Below are positions 28,177 through 37,470 of a stretch of DNA of 53,818 nucleotides, piece after piece. Below the pieces are notes generated by a model. That model did no database searches. It had not been told where the DNA came from and was given only the letters and a program-made list of their open reading frames with translations. Location: positions 1 through 53,818 of IMG/VR virus record IMGVR_UViG_3300042559_000579; one strand, written 5' to 3'. This stretch comes from a virus. Taxonomy: Duplodnaviria > Caudoviricetes. Position 1 is the stretch's first letter, and each line of letters begins with the position of its first letter. Made by a program: the position numbers and the translations under genes.

Positions 28177-28719
28177 TTACCCGACGAAAATCGGGGTTTT
28201 GACGTTTCGATCCATTTCGCCGAAGCCCTCGCCCTCGACCTGCCCGAGGCTCTTGCCCCGGCTGTCACGCGCACCCTGCAGGTTCTCCACTTGGACGCGG
28301 ATCTTCTCCGACTCTTCCATGGGCCTGTCGTGGTGCATCTGCAACATGACGTCCTGGTAAATCTCCATGGGGAGCTTGTACAGGCGCATCTCGTTGCATG
28401 CGATGAAACCGACGTCTTCGCCAGCCTTGACCTTGTAGTTCTCAAACCCAGGCAACTCATCCGCGCGAACGGGAACGTAGCCGAGTCGGATCCGCTTGTC
28501 GATGCTGTCGTAGCTGTTGGTTGTCGATAGCCAGCAAAGGTGCCATCCCGGCATTTCCGGGACCTTCGGCAGCGCTGATTGTGTCCACTCGTCACTCCAC
28601 ATCCTGCGACGTTCCTGTGCCGAGTGAAACTGTTCCTCCGGGCCCTGCCGTACAACGTCCTCGCTTGCGCGAGTTTCGCGTCCGCCAGCGGACAGAGATT
28701 TCTTGAGACGACCGTCCAT
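28177..28719 (-). CDS. conserved hypothetical head-module protein
   Basis: PGWHLCWLS, R.RLGYVPV motif; between scaffold and capsid genes. Confidence 0.75.
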   Translation of the reverse strand: MDGRLKKSLSAGGRETRASEDVVRQGPEEQFHSAQERRRMWSDEWTQSALPKVPEMPGWHLCWLSTTNSYDSIDKRIRLGYVPVRADELPGFENYKVKAGEDVGFIACNEMRLYKLPMEIYQDVMLQMHHDRPMEESEKIRVQVENLQGARDSRGKSLGQVEGEGFGEMDRNVKTPIFVG

Positions 28720-28721
28720 CT

Positions 28722-29660
28722 TCAGTTGCTCCTGCTTCGTGCTTCTTGCGCGTACCGCTTGATCATGTTGGCCCGTTTCTGTGGGTCATCCCACAGTCCG
28801 GCGTCTTTCATCGCCCTCACCTGTTCAGGTGACAGCACGAAAGTCGAACGGCTTGCGCCGCCACCGACCTCGCGTCCCGATCCAGTTACCACGCTGCGGG
28901 GCCTACTCCTTCGAGAATGGTCATCAACAGAGTCAGTATAGCGATGCGGCAGACGCTTTTGCAAACGCCGGTCGAGCTCCTCCCAGTAGTCCTGAGACGC
29001 AGGATCCCAACCGTCTTCAGTGAGTTTGCGGTCAATCACCTTGGCGATCGCCGTGTCCTCGTCACTGCCCGACGGGTCATACCAGTCGTTGCGCTCCATC
29101 CAGGAATTCGCCAACCGGGTCACCTGCGGATTGACCGCGCCCTGCTGCTTGGTAGCCTGGGCAGCACGGTCCTTCAGGCTCTTCATCGCCTCGATCTTGC
29201 GGCGGGCCTCGTACCACATCTCCTGCGCACGGCCGAACGCCTCCCCGTCAGATGCCGACGTGGCGTCCTTCATCTTCTGCGCAGCGTAGCGGTAGCGGAG
29301 CTCCTCCTCCTCAATCGCCTTGTCCAGGCGAGCAAGGTCCGAAGAGTGCGTCTTGCGCTCGACCACAGACAGGCGCTCCATGAGCTCCTGGTTCTGGCGC
29401 TGCAGCATCTGCAGGCGCTGGTCCTTCTCTTCACTGGTGCGGCGCACGAGGTCCTTCTTCGCACGCCTGCGGGCCCTACGAGCCTCCCGAACGGCGTCGG
29501 AGTCCCCTGGCCTGTCCACGTCACCGCCGTCGTCTCCTGCGGCCTCCTGGGCCGTTTCTTGGGCGTCCGGCGGTGCTACGTCACCGGGGAGTTCGACGAC
29601 AGCGCTGCCGTCCCTCTCCTCGACCACGTCGATCTGTTCGTCTTGCTTCTCGGTGCTCAT
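28722..29660 (-). CDS. capsid scaffolding protein
   Basis: Acidic N-terminus, long coiled coil, W.ERN.WY, DYWEELD.RL, LSPEQV..MKDAG tail. Confidence 0.7.
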   Translation of the reverse strand: MSTEKQDEQIDVVEERDGSAVVELPGDVAPPDAQETAQEAAGDDGGDVDRPGDSDAVREARRARRRAKKDLVRRTSEEKDQRLQMLQRQNQELMERLSVVERKTHSSDLARLDKAIEEEELRYRYAAQKMKDATSASDGEAFGRAQEMWYEARRKIEAMKSLKDRAAQATKQQGAVNPQVTRLANSWMERNDWYDPSGSDEDTAIAKVIDRKLTEDGWDPASQDYWEELDRRLQKRLPHRYTDSVDDHSRRSRPRSVVTGSGREVGGGASRSTFVLSPEQVRAMKDAGLWDDPQKRANMIKRYAQEARSRSN

Positions 29661-30085
29661 CAGAGGAACGCCTTCATTTCAAGAGGGTTGCCGGTGACCT
29701 TGGCGATCACCTCGTGGTCGTTCAGGATCATGAACAGCGCCGGGTCTTCGAGGTCATCCTCGCCCGGAACCTTCACCTCCCAACGGTCGCCGCCCCACTT
29801 GGGCACACGGATGTAGTCGCCGGCTTCACACCAGCTTCCCTCCGGCCAGGGCTCCATCGAATCCCGCTTGCGGAACGCCAGCGGCCCGATCTCAATGACC
29901 TTGGCCACCATGTTCTGCCACTTCTCGGTCTCCTTGGTCTCCGCGACCAAGATGATTCCCGACTTCGTCGCCTTCTTCTTGGCCCGCCGCAGTTGCACCA
30001 GGATGCGGCCACCAAGGGGTTTCGCGCCAGGGTCCACGCTCGGGAATGCCCAAGCCATCTCGGCGCTGTCAAGCGCCACGCCCAT
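29660..30085 (-). CDS. groES: phage-encoded co-chaperonin GroES-like
   Basis: KPLGGRILV, TKSGIIL mobile loop, AKVIEIGP, GD......GG, ILNDHEVIAKV. Confidence 0.8.
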   Translation of the reverse strand: MGVALDSAEMAWAFPSVDPGAKPLGGRILVQLRRAKKKATKSGIILVAETKETEKWQNMVAKVIEIGPLAFRKRDSMEPWPEGSWCEAGDYIRVPKWGGDRWEVKVPGEDDLEDPALFMILNDHEVIAKVTGNPLEMKAFL

Positions 30086-30266
30086 CTCGCTCATCGTCGT
30101 CTTCCATCAGTTTGTTCAGGATCGCCAGGGCTTCTCCGAGCCCGGCGTACTGTCCGATCATGCGCTGGTACGACTCCCAGTTCGCTGCATTTCCCACAGC
30201 GAGGGACGAGGCTATCTCAGCCTGCCTAGCCGTAATCGCGCCGATCAGGTCTCCGATCGTCCTCAC
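30069..30266 (-). CDS. hypothetical protein
   Basis: 65-aa ORF (L..G...NWESYQR..G...GL), coupled to neighbours. Confidence 0.75.
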   Translation of the reverse strand: MRTIGDLIGAITARQAEIASSLAVGNAANWESYQRMIGQYAGLGEALAILNKLMEDDDERDGRGA

Positions 30267-30424
30267 TTCTTCTTGCTCGCCTGCGACAGCCCTCCTTGCG
30301 CCGGCTTGCCATTGCCGGACTCACCCTTCGCTTGCATCGACTGGCCGTCGAGCTTGGCGCCCATCGCCATGCGCTTGTGCTGGGGCACAAGAACGCTCTT
30401 CTGCTCTTGATCACTGGTAGCCAC
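30263..30424 (-). CDS. small basic protein (53 aa, MATSDQEQKSVLVPQHKRMAMG), below ORF-track cutoff
   Basis: GTG start with AAAGGAG SD; stop overlaps next start; fills the gap after portal. Confidence 0.7.
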   Translation of the reverse strand: MATSDQEQKSVLVPQHKRMAMGAKLDGQSMQAKGESGNGKPAQGGLSQASKKK

Positions 30425-32960
30425 TTGGTGCTCCTTTCATCGAGTAGTCAATGACGGTCTTGTCCTGGTCATGCCTCAACCGGGCCGCATCCCGCATCAA
30501 ACGGGCCGTCTCGATGCGCTCCTTCGTTTCCTGGTCACCCTGAGCGATGGCCAGCTTCAACTGCAGTTCCTCAATGGCGAGGTCCTTGTCGTCCATCTGC
30601 TTCTGGGCAGCCAGTTGCAGCTTGGCCTGATTGTCAGCCGCTTTCAGTTGCATCTCGGCCTGATCACGCGCCTGCCTGCGCTGCGTCTCAGCCATGCTCG
30701 TCTGCAGCAGCACCTGACCGTCCGGCGTCAACTCAGGCTTCGGCTTGAACTGCTCCAGCGTCTTGACCATCTGCTGGATCACCGGCATCGTCTGAGCAAG
30801 CGTCTGCTCAGCGTCCATCGCCACATGACCGGCCGCCGCACCGTACAGCTTGTCGATCTCGGCCGGGTCCTCTGCCTCGGCATAGTCATCAGCCTTGCGA
30901 CCCAGCGACCGCGTCACATACCCGTTCATGCGGCCCAGATACCACAGCGCGAAGTGCTGCTTGATGTGCTCCATCATCTTCGGCAGCACGTTGGGCGCGA
31001 TCATCGGGTTGCCACCGAACACCGGGTCCGAGGCGTACTTCAGATGAGTCACGATGTGCGAGAAGTGATCCTGCTCCAGGTACGCAAACGCCGACTGACC
31101 GATCGTCATCGCCACGTTCTCGTTGGCCGCGTCCAGCTTCTCAGGCGCAGGCGTGTCCGTCATCAGTTCGTTGACGCCCGGCACCTTGATCTGCTTCAGG
31201 AAGCGCATGACCACCGCACGGCGGTTGAACAGGTCCGGGTGCTTCTCCATCATGGCCATGACCGACTGGGTCTGGGCCATCCGCTGCGTCTCGCTGAAGA
31301 TGTGCGGGTCCGACACCGGGATCACGTCCGTCACCCGGGCAAAGTCCTCCCGGCGAACCTCTAGGTCTTCAACCACCTCGCCGCGGCGCATGTCGTCCAA
31401 GTACCACCGGTTGATCCGGCTCAGCACCTTGAGCACGCGAGACTGCGATTCGTGCAGTCGGGCATGGATCGCCGAGAAAACCGCCGCGCCCTGCTCAATC
31501 AGAGCCTGGGTAGTGCCCACCGGCGTGTTCGCATTGACGTCGGCGATCTTCTCCTCGGCCGTCGTCACCACCCCCTTGGCCGCACCGGTGAGCCAGCCCA
31601 GCAACTGGAACAACACCGGGCTCGGCGGGTTGAACGGCATCGGCATCGCCAGCTTGCGGACGTCGTCAACCCCAGGCGCGGCCTCAATTTCGGCCACCTG
31701 GGTCACTTCGACCTGCTGAGACTGCCCCGAAACCTTCGCCCCCTTGAGCTTCAGGAGCGTCGCAGCGTTGTTGATGTGCGCAGAGTCCAGCAAGGCCCTC
31801 AAAGCGCCTGTAAGGGCCGCTGAGAGGCCTCCAATGAGGTGCGGCAGGCCCACGGCATACGCCCCGCGCCACGGGATGAACTTGAACTCGACCACCCAGT
31901 CGAGTTTCGTCATCGTTTCGTCGCCTTCCTCCCAGTTCCGGTACAGCCCGATGACCTCAGACTCCAAGTCGTCGATCATCAGGACGTAGGGAGCCATCTG
32001 CCCCTTCGAAAACTTGTCGTTTTCGAGTTCCAGCCATGTGTAGATGTGGTAAACGCGACGAACACCGTCTTCGTTGTCGTTTTCCGACCGCCCTTCGATC
32101 TTGTCGTTGGCCTTTTGGGCCGCAGTCTGCTCCGGATCCATCGTGGCACGGATAAAAGTGCCATCTCGGTACAGTTTTGAGGCCACACGGCGCTCAAATT
32201 CGTGCCTTGAGAGGTCATGAACCTCCGTTGCACGCGGAGCAGTGTAGAAATTCGACGCCGCGAATGGCAAAAGCACGTTGTCGATGGGCAAAAACTCGGC
32301 ACAAGGACGTTTTTTGTCCTCGTCGTACCAGAGCTTGAGGTATTGCGATCCACCAAGAGGCAATTGAGTGAACAATTGCTCCTGCTCGTCGCGGAATTCC
32401 TCGATTTGCTCGGTCAACTGCCAATTCATGAAGTCGCGTTTGCGCTCCGCGATGTCAGTTTTCTCCTGATTGACGTCACCGAGGATCTTCGTGCGCGTCG
32501 GCCCGTCAGCCGGGAACAGTTCGCGGATGGCGCGGGACGCAAAGTCGATGCACGCCTCGGCCATCACCGGGTGTACGACCTTGCTGGCACCCGCAAACGA
32601 GGCGCCACCAGGGGCGTCGTTGCCCATCCCGGTGCGGCGGATGCCGTCCTCGTACTGCTTGTCCCGCTGCTTGCGAGCCTCGCGGTCCTTCTCCACCAGT
32701 TGGATGTACTTCAGGGCCATCGAGTTCAGGTCGATGGAGTCCAGCACGTCGCTGTCGGCGAGGTTCTGGTAGAAGTCCTCGTTGTCCATCGGCCCGTTGG
32801 TGTCCAGCGTCACCACCGCAGAGCCGTCAGGAAGCTCCTGGATGTCCGACTCGGACAGTTCAAGGTCCACCTCCACCCCAGGCGTCTCGCCATCGGCGTC
32901 GTCGGGCATGCCCTCCACGAAGCGGTTGAACTCTGGGTCGATCGGGAACTCGGTTGCCAT
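30411..32960 (-). CDS. portal protein (P22-like, long C-terminal coiled coil)
   Basis: 849 aa; FAGASKVVHP.MAEAC, MNWQLTE, GLPHLIGGL, PVGTTQALIEQG, PVSDP.IFS; between terminase and scaffold. Confidence 0.88.
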   Translation of the reverse strand: MATEFPIDPEFNRFVEGMPDDADGETPGVEVDLELSESDIQELPDGSAVVTLDTNGPMDNEDFYQNLADSDVLDSIDLNSMALKYIQLVEKDREARKQRDKQYEDGIRRTGMGNDAPGGASFAGASKVVHPVMAEACIDFASRAIRELFPADGPTRTKILGDVNQEKTDIAERKRDFMNWQLTEQIEEFRDEQEQLFTQLPLGGSQYLKLWYDEDKKRPCAEFLPIDNVLLPFAASNFYTAPRATEVHDLSRHEFERRVASKLYRDGTFIRATMDPEQTAAQKANDKIEGRSENDNEDGVRRVYHIYTWLELENDKFSKGQMAPYVLMIDDLESEVIGLYRNWEEGDETMTKLDWVVEFKFIPWRGAYAVGLPHLIGGLSAALTGALRALLDSAHINNAATLLKLKGAKVSGQSQQVEVTQVAEIEAAPGVDDVRKLAMPMPFNPPSPVLFQLLGWLTGAAKGVVTTAEEKIADVNANTPVGTTQALIEQGAAVFSAIHARLHESQSRVLKVLSRINRWYLDDMRRGEVVEDLEVRREDFARVTDVIPVSDPHIFSETQRMAQTQSVMAMMEKHPDLFNRRAVVMRFLKQIKVPGVNELMTDTPAPEKLDAANENVAMTIGQSAFAYLEQDHFSHIVTHLKYASDPVFGGNPMIAPNVLPKMMEHIKQHFALWYLGRMNGYVTRSLGRKADDYAEAEDPAEIDKLYGAAAGHVAMDAEQTLAQTMPVIQQMVKTLEQFKPKPELTPDGQVLLQTSMAETQRRQARDQAEMQLKAADNQAKLQLAAQKQMDDKDLAIEELQLKLAIAQGDQETKERIETARLMRDAARLRHDQDKTVIDYSMKGAPSGYQ

Positions 32961-32986
32961 CTTCGTGTGCCTTGTTTCAGTCGTTA

Positions 32987-35900
32987 TTACACCAGAGCAC
33001 CGCGTCCCTTACGAGACTTCTTTGCGGCGCTAAGTGCCCCATGAGCCTCCGACGTGACCTCGCCGCCTTCCTTCTTCACCGTGCGAACATCAGGCATGGG
33101 GGAGCCCTTGAACCAAGGCATCAGAACGCCTTCGCCCGTCTCAATCATGTTGAGGATGTAGTCCCGCACCGCTTTGGGGGTCGGATTGATACCCATGCCC
33201 TGCATCGTGTACGCCGCCTGCTTCTCCAGCAGATCCAGCGCATCGCCGCGCGGCGACTTCAGGCCCGTCAACTCGCCGCCCCCAAACCAGCGGCCGGCCT
33301 GCGCCATGCCACCAGGAATGCCCATCTCTTTGGCGATGTCCAGCATCTTGCTCTCAGCCAACCCATACTCTGTCGGGCCGAAGCCACCCTGCTCGGTGAA
33401 GTAGGGGTGATACCGGCTTCCCTGCGTTTCTCCGGCTGCCTCATGCACGTCCAGCACAACGCTCTTGCCGAAGTCTCCGGCCTTCTGCGTGCCATACGTC
33501 GGAATCTTGTAGTTGGTCGGGATGTCCGCCTTCACCATATCCCGCATGTTCAAACCGCCTTCAATGACGTTCTGAACCCCCTGGCGGTGGATCGGCATCA
33601 GCGGCAAACCAATGCCGTACTTCTCCTTGAACTTGGCCATTTCAGCCGTGACCGTGGCTTCATCCAACGGGAGGCCCCGAGCTTTCATGTCGCGCATGAA
33701 CTGGCCGACGGCCATCTCATTCATGATGGAGTTGCGAGCACTTGCCGGCGCCGTCTGATAGATGAACTGGTCAAACTTCTCGGCAGGGATGCCCCTCTCC
33801 AGCGCCGCCACCTTCACTGGGTACAGCGAACCGTAGAAACTCTCCCCGCCCAGCGGGAGGCCGCGAGTGATCTGCTGCTTGATCAGTGATCGGTTCTTCG
33901 GGTCGTCGTAGATTTCGTTGATGTAGTCGACGTTGGCGCGCGGAGACTCGTACCGCGGGAAGCGTGTCTGCTCAATGCCCGGGAACCCCTCCAGCGCATC
34001 CTTGATCAGCGAGCGCTCAAACGCCTGCTTTTCTTGAGGAGGAGGCGCCCAAGGCTCGGTCGGCTTCGCCAAGAACGCCCGCGCATTTTCCGCGCGCTGC
34101 GCCACAACCTCGGGCGTGTTGCGCATCCGCCGAGGGGCCGACATGTCATATGACGACGGAGCCAGTTCGCCATATTGCGACTGCAACTCCGGCCGCGTCT
34201 CACGCTCCCACTTCAGGCGCTGCAGCACTTGCCGCTGAGCACGACTGGCAACATCTTCCTCCTTGAGCTTCGGCGCGCTCTTGGCGATATCAACCGCCTC
34301 CTCAATGATCATCCGCCGCACAGTGTCAGGCTTGGCATACGGGCGCGATCGGCCCTCTGCGAGCGTTTTGTTCGCTTGCTCAATGGCCTGCGTCAGCGAT
34401 GTCGGCGGCGCAGCAGCAAGGGCTTTCTGAGCCGCCTCTTTCGCCGCCTTCTCGGCCAGCCTTGCCTCGGCCCTGGCCGCCGCACCAGCGGTCAGTCTCT
34501 TCGCCGCACCGCCCACTTGCATCCTAGGCTCACGCCGCTGCTCCAGCGCACGGATCTTCGAATCCACCGCCGGCCGATCGGCTTGGTTCAGCCCGCTGAT
34601 GTAGTCCTCCATCTCCTTGAGCCGCTGCCGGTTCTCAACCGAGATCGACGGGTGCTCCCGCAGCTTCGGCGTGGCCAGCGCCCGGCTCACAGCACGAGCC
34701 GCCTGCGGCAGACGAGAGGCCGGTAGCAGCGCAGCCTCGGGGTACACGCCCTCAATCGCATCACGCCCGGGCTGAGCAATGGCCCGCTGAGCCGCTGCAG
34801 CGCCCTCCAGAGCCCTCGACGGGTCTTGGTAGGGGTCAGCCTGCACCGGCGCCACATTCGCGCCCTGAGCGCCTCTGGCGGCCGGCATAGCCGCCGACGG
34901 GCCACGCCCCTTGTCAGCGTTCAGCAGGTCGCGCAGCGTCATCTTCTCGCCGAACCGGCGGCGGAAGTCAGCGAGCTCCTCAGCGCTCACCATCACCTTG
35001 CCGTTGACCACCGGCCGGTTCGGCATCGGGCCATCCCAGGTCTTGCGCATCCGCACCGGCTCAGGCTTGAACAGCGACTGCTCGGCGGACCGGCGCATGC
35101 GGTACTGGCGCTCCACCTCACCCTGAGCATCTCCGCCGTCCGCCATCAGCACAGCACCACCAGCCTTCATCCGCGCGTCAGACATCCGCAGCGCCGTCAT
35201 GAACGCTTGGTCAGGATCCATGCCCTGGCGCATCAGCTTGTCAGCAATGGTGTCGGCCGCAGTGGTGTAGCTCATGTTGTTTCCTCCGACGGCGCCGCCG
35301 TCAGCAAAAGGTTGAACCGCGGTCGGCCCGTACATGATCGCCGTGGGTTTGCTCAGCTTGGGATTGACCATCCCCTCGTACCCATACTCTTTGACCATCC
35401 GCTCGACATCAGTGATGGCTTGCTCGGGATTTTGTATGCCGGGGTTGTACTTGGCCGAGAACGGCGTACGACTCGATTCGGCCGCCAAGGTGCGCAACTC
35501 CAGAGGATCAGCGCTTACGTCATACAACTGCCCCGACCGCGCACGATACCTGTATGGCCCAAGGCCCGGCTCCGGCGTCACAGCGCCCGGCTCTCCAGCA
35601 TAGAAATATGTGCGCTCCTTGACCGCCCCAGGCGCATATGACAAACGCTCCGCCTCTTCGCCCTTGATGCCCTGCCCATACCTTCTCGGATCAGTCTGCG
35701 TCAACCCAGGCGCATTGCTGAAGTGAACAAGCTCAGAACCCGCCGTTGTTCCGGCTCCAGGCCGAATTAAGGGCTGGATGTAGTCAGGCATTCCGCCCGA
35801 GAACTGCACGTCAACAAACTCGGGCGGCAACAGAAGCCCTTTCTGAGGCGCAAACTGGAACGAGTTCCACGCATCTTTCTTGGCGGCCTGCACGTCTCGC

Positions 35901-37462
35901 ACAGTGGCAACATCTTTGCGGCGCTTGGCCTCGTACTCAATCTCGTCGAGCTTGGAGATCCTGGCCTTCAGCGCAGCATTCAGCGGCGTGTAGTTCACTA
36001 CGCTGTTCTGACCTCGCGTCTCAGTCGCCATTGCCAAACGCGCCAGCGGCGAGAACATTTGTCCATGCGCGGCGTAAGCAATCTCCTCACCCTTGGGCCC
36101 GAACTGATTCCCATGAATAGCATGGCCATAAAAGTCATGCACCGCCCTAAACATCTCATTGCTGTTCAATCCAGTTACGGGGTCAATTTCATTAAGAAAC
36201 GGATGCGGCTCCCCGCCCTGGAAGACATATAAATGGCGATTGCCATATACATCCTTCAACATGTCGCCGCTGGACAAGTAATTTCCCTCGCCCGCGCGAT
36301 GGAAAGACATGTTGACAGGCAAACTTTCGAATTGCTGCTTTGCCTCTTTTGCAAACTGCCTATATGCGGCGTCCACCAGTTGGTCGTAGTTCTTCGCCCC
36401 CGCCTGCTCAATCAGTTTAGGAAATTGACGACCATAACTTTCAAAAACAGCGGATTTATATGCCGGATCATCCGTTGCGCCCAACTGGAAAACACGTCCA
36501 ATGGGCGACTGCTTGACAAGAGAGGATTCCGGGATTATGGGCAACGTGTAGCTTTGCCCGGATTTATCCATGGCGTACCTGTTGGCCGCCTGCATCACGA
36601 AGTTGCTTGGATCGGCTAACGTTTGCCGGATCGACTCATCCGATACTGGTTGCGGAAACTGGCCTCCAATTCCTCTTGGGGACGCTTCGGCACTTTCCCC
36701 AGACGCTTCTCTAGTGCCTCGATGCGCGAATCGAGCGAGCTCAGGATCTGAGGGCGCGACTCGGTAGAACGGTCCCTCTTGCCTTGTTGCATAACCAACT
36801 CCTTCAGTGATTGATGGCGCCATGCCAGACCGGCGCATGTACGCCTCGGCCATCTCCGCCGCCTTCGGGCCCAGGCTCTGCCCCGTGGCCTTGCCCGCCT
36901 TCCCAGCCTGCCGGGCACCAGCCGCAGCCGCACGCGCAACAGGCTTGGCAGTAGCACCGATCCCCAGCAGGTTCAGGGGGTCAGCCAGCAACTCCGCACC
37001 GGTGGCCAGCAGCGGAGAGCCCGTCGCCCTCAGCGTGACGTCACCGGCAGCCTGGGCCGGCGCACCCAACGGCGACAGCGCCTTGAGAATGCCCAGCAAG
37101 GCCTTGTCGCCGCCCTCAGTCTGCGGGTCAATGGTCAGGTAGTCCTGCACCCGCCCGATCGTCTTGGCGGCCCCTTCAGGCCCTTGGAAAGGCAGCACCG
37201 CCGCACCAGCCAGCCCAGCAGGCACACTGCCAAGGATCGTCGAGCCAAGAGCCTCCAGCGCCTCACCGCCGCCACGCTGCTCCGGACGCCGCCGGCCAGA
37301 GCTCGGCATCCTGAACGACGGCTGCGACGCCGCAGCCCTCTCCGTCGCCGTCGGACCACGATCGCGCACTCGCAGGCGGGCAAGCTCTCTCGCCATCGAG
37401 TCCGTCGGGGCATCAACCGACCCAGACAGCACCCGGCGCAGTTCGTCGTCCATCAAGTCCAT
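32987..37462 (-). CDS. large polyvalent-type protein (peptidase-like HDxxGH, ART-like and HhH-glycosylase-like modules)
   Basis: 1491-aa ORF; FRAVHDFYGH; VHFS..RTYFY..YGYEG; KIPTY..GD..VVLDVH..AQAGRW; GG motifs at module joints. Confidence 0.65.
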   Translation of the reverse strand: MDLMDDELRRVLSGSVDAPTDSMARELARLRVRDRGPTATERAAASQPSFRMPSSGRRRPEQRGGGEALEALGSTILGSVPAGLAGAAVLPFQGPEGAAKTIGRVQDYLTIDPQTEGGDKALLGILKALSPLGAPAQAAGDVTLRATGSPLLATGAELLADPLNLLGIGATAKPVARAAAAGARQAGKAGKATGQSLGPKAAEMAEAYMRRSGMAPSITEGVGYATRQEGPFYRVAPSDPELARFAHRGTREASGESAEASPRGIGGQFPQPVSDESIRQTLADPSNFVMQAANRYAMDKSGQSYTLPIIPESSLVKQSPIGRVFQLGATDDPAYKSAVFESYGRQFPKLIEQAGAKNYDQLVDAAYRQFAKEAKQQFESLPVNMSFHRAGEGNYLSSGDMLKDVYGNRHLYVFQGGEPHPFLNEIDPVTGLNSNEMFRAVHDFYGHAIHGNQFGPKGEEIAYAAHGQMFSPLARLAMATETRGQNSVVNYTPLNAALKARISKLDEIEYEAKRRKDVATVRDVQAAKKDAWNSFQFAPQKGLLLPPEFVDVQFSGGMPDYIQPLIRPGAGTTAGSELVHFSNAPGLTQTDPRRYGQGIKGEEAERLSYAPGAVKERTYFYAGEPGAVTPEPGLGPYRYRARSGQLYDVSADPLELRTLAAESSRTPFSAKYNPGIQNPEQAITDVERMVKEYGYEGMVNPKLSKPTAIMYGPTAVQPFADGGAVGGNNMSYTTAADTIADKLMRQGMDPDQAFMTALRMSDARMKAGGAVLMADGGDAQGEVERQYRMRRSAEQSLFKPEPVRMRKTWDGPMPNRPVVNGKVMVSAEELADFRRRFGEKMTLRDLLNADKGRGPSAAMPAARGAQGANVAPVQADPYQDPSRALEGAAAAQRAIAQPGRDAIEGVYPEAALLPASRLPQAARAVSRALATPKLREHPSISVENRQRLKEMEDYISGLNQADRPAVDSKIRALEQRREPRMQVGGAAKRLTAGAAARAEARLAEKAAKEAAQKALAAAPPTSLTQAIEQANKTLAEGRSRPYAKPDTVRRMIIEEAVDIAKSAPKLKEEDVASRAQRQVLQRLKWERETRPELQSQYGELAPSSYDMSAPRRMRNTPEVVAQRAENARAFLAKPTEPWAPPPQEKQAFERSLIKDALEGFPGIEQTRFPRYESPRANVDYINEIYDDPKNRSLIKQQITRGLPLGGESFYGSLYPVKVAALERGIPAEKFDQFIYQTAPASARNSIMNEMAVGQFMRDMKARGLPLDEATVTAEMAKFKEKYGIGLPLMPIHRQGVQNVIEGGLNMRDMVKADIPTNYKIPTYGTQKAGDFGKSVVLDVHEAAGETQGSRYHPYFTEQGGFGPTEYGLAESKMLDIAKEMGIPGGMAQAGRWFGGGELTGLKSPRGDALDLLEKQAAYTMQGMGINPTPKAVRDYILNMIETGEGVLMPWFKGSPMPDVRTVKKEGGEVTSEAHGALSAAKKSRKGRGALV

Positions 37463-37470
37463 CGTCACCC

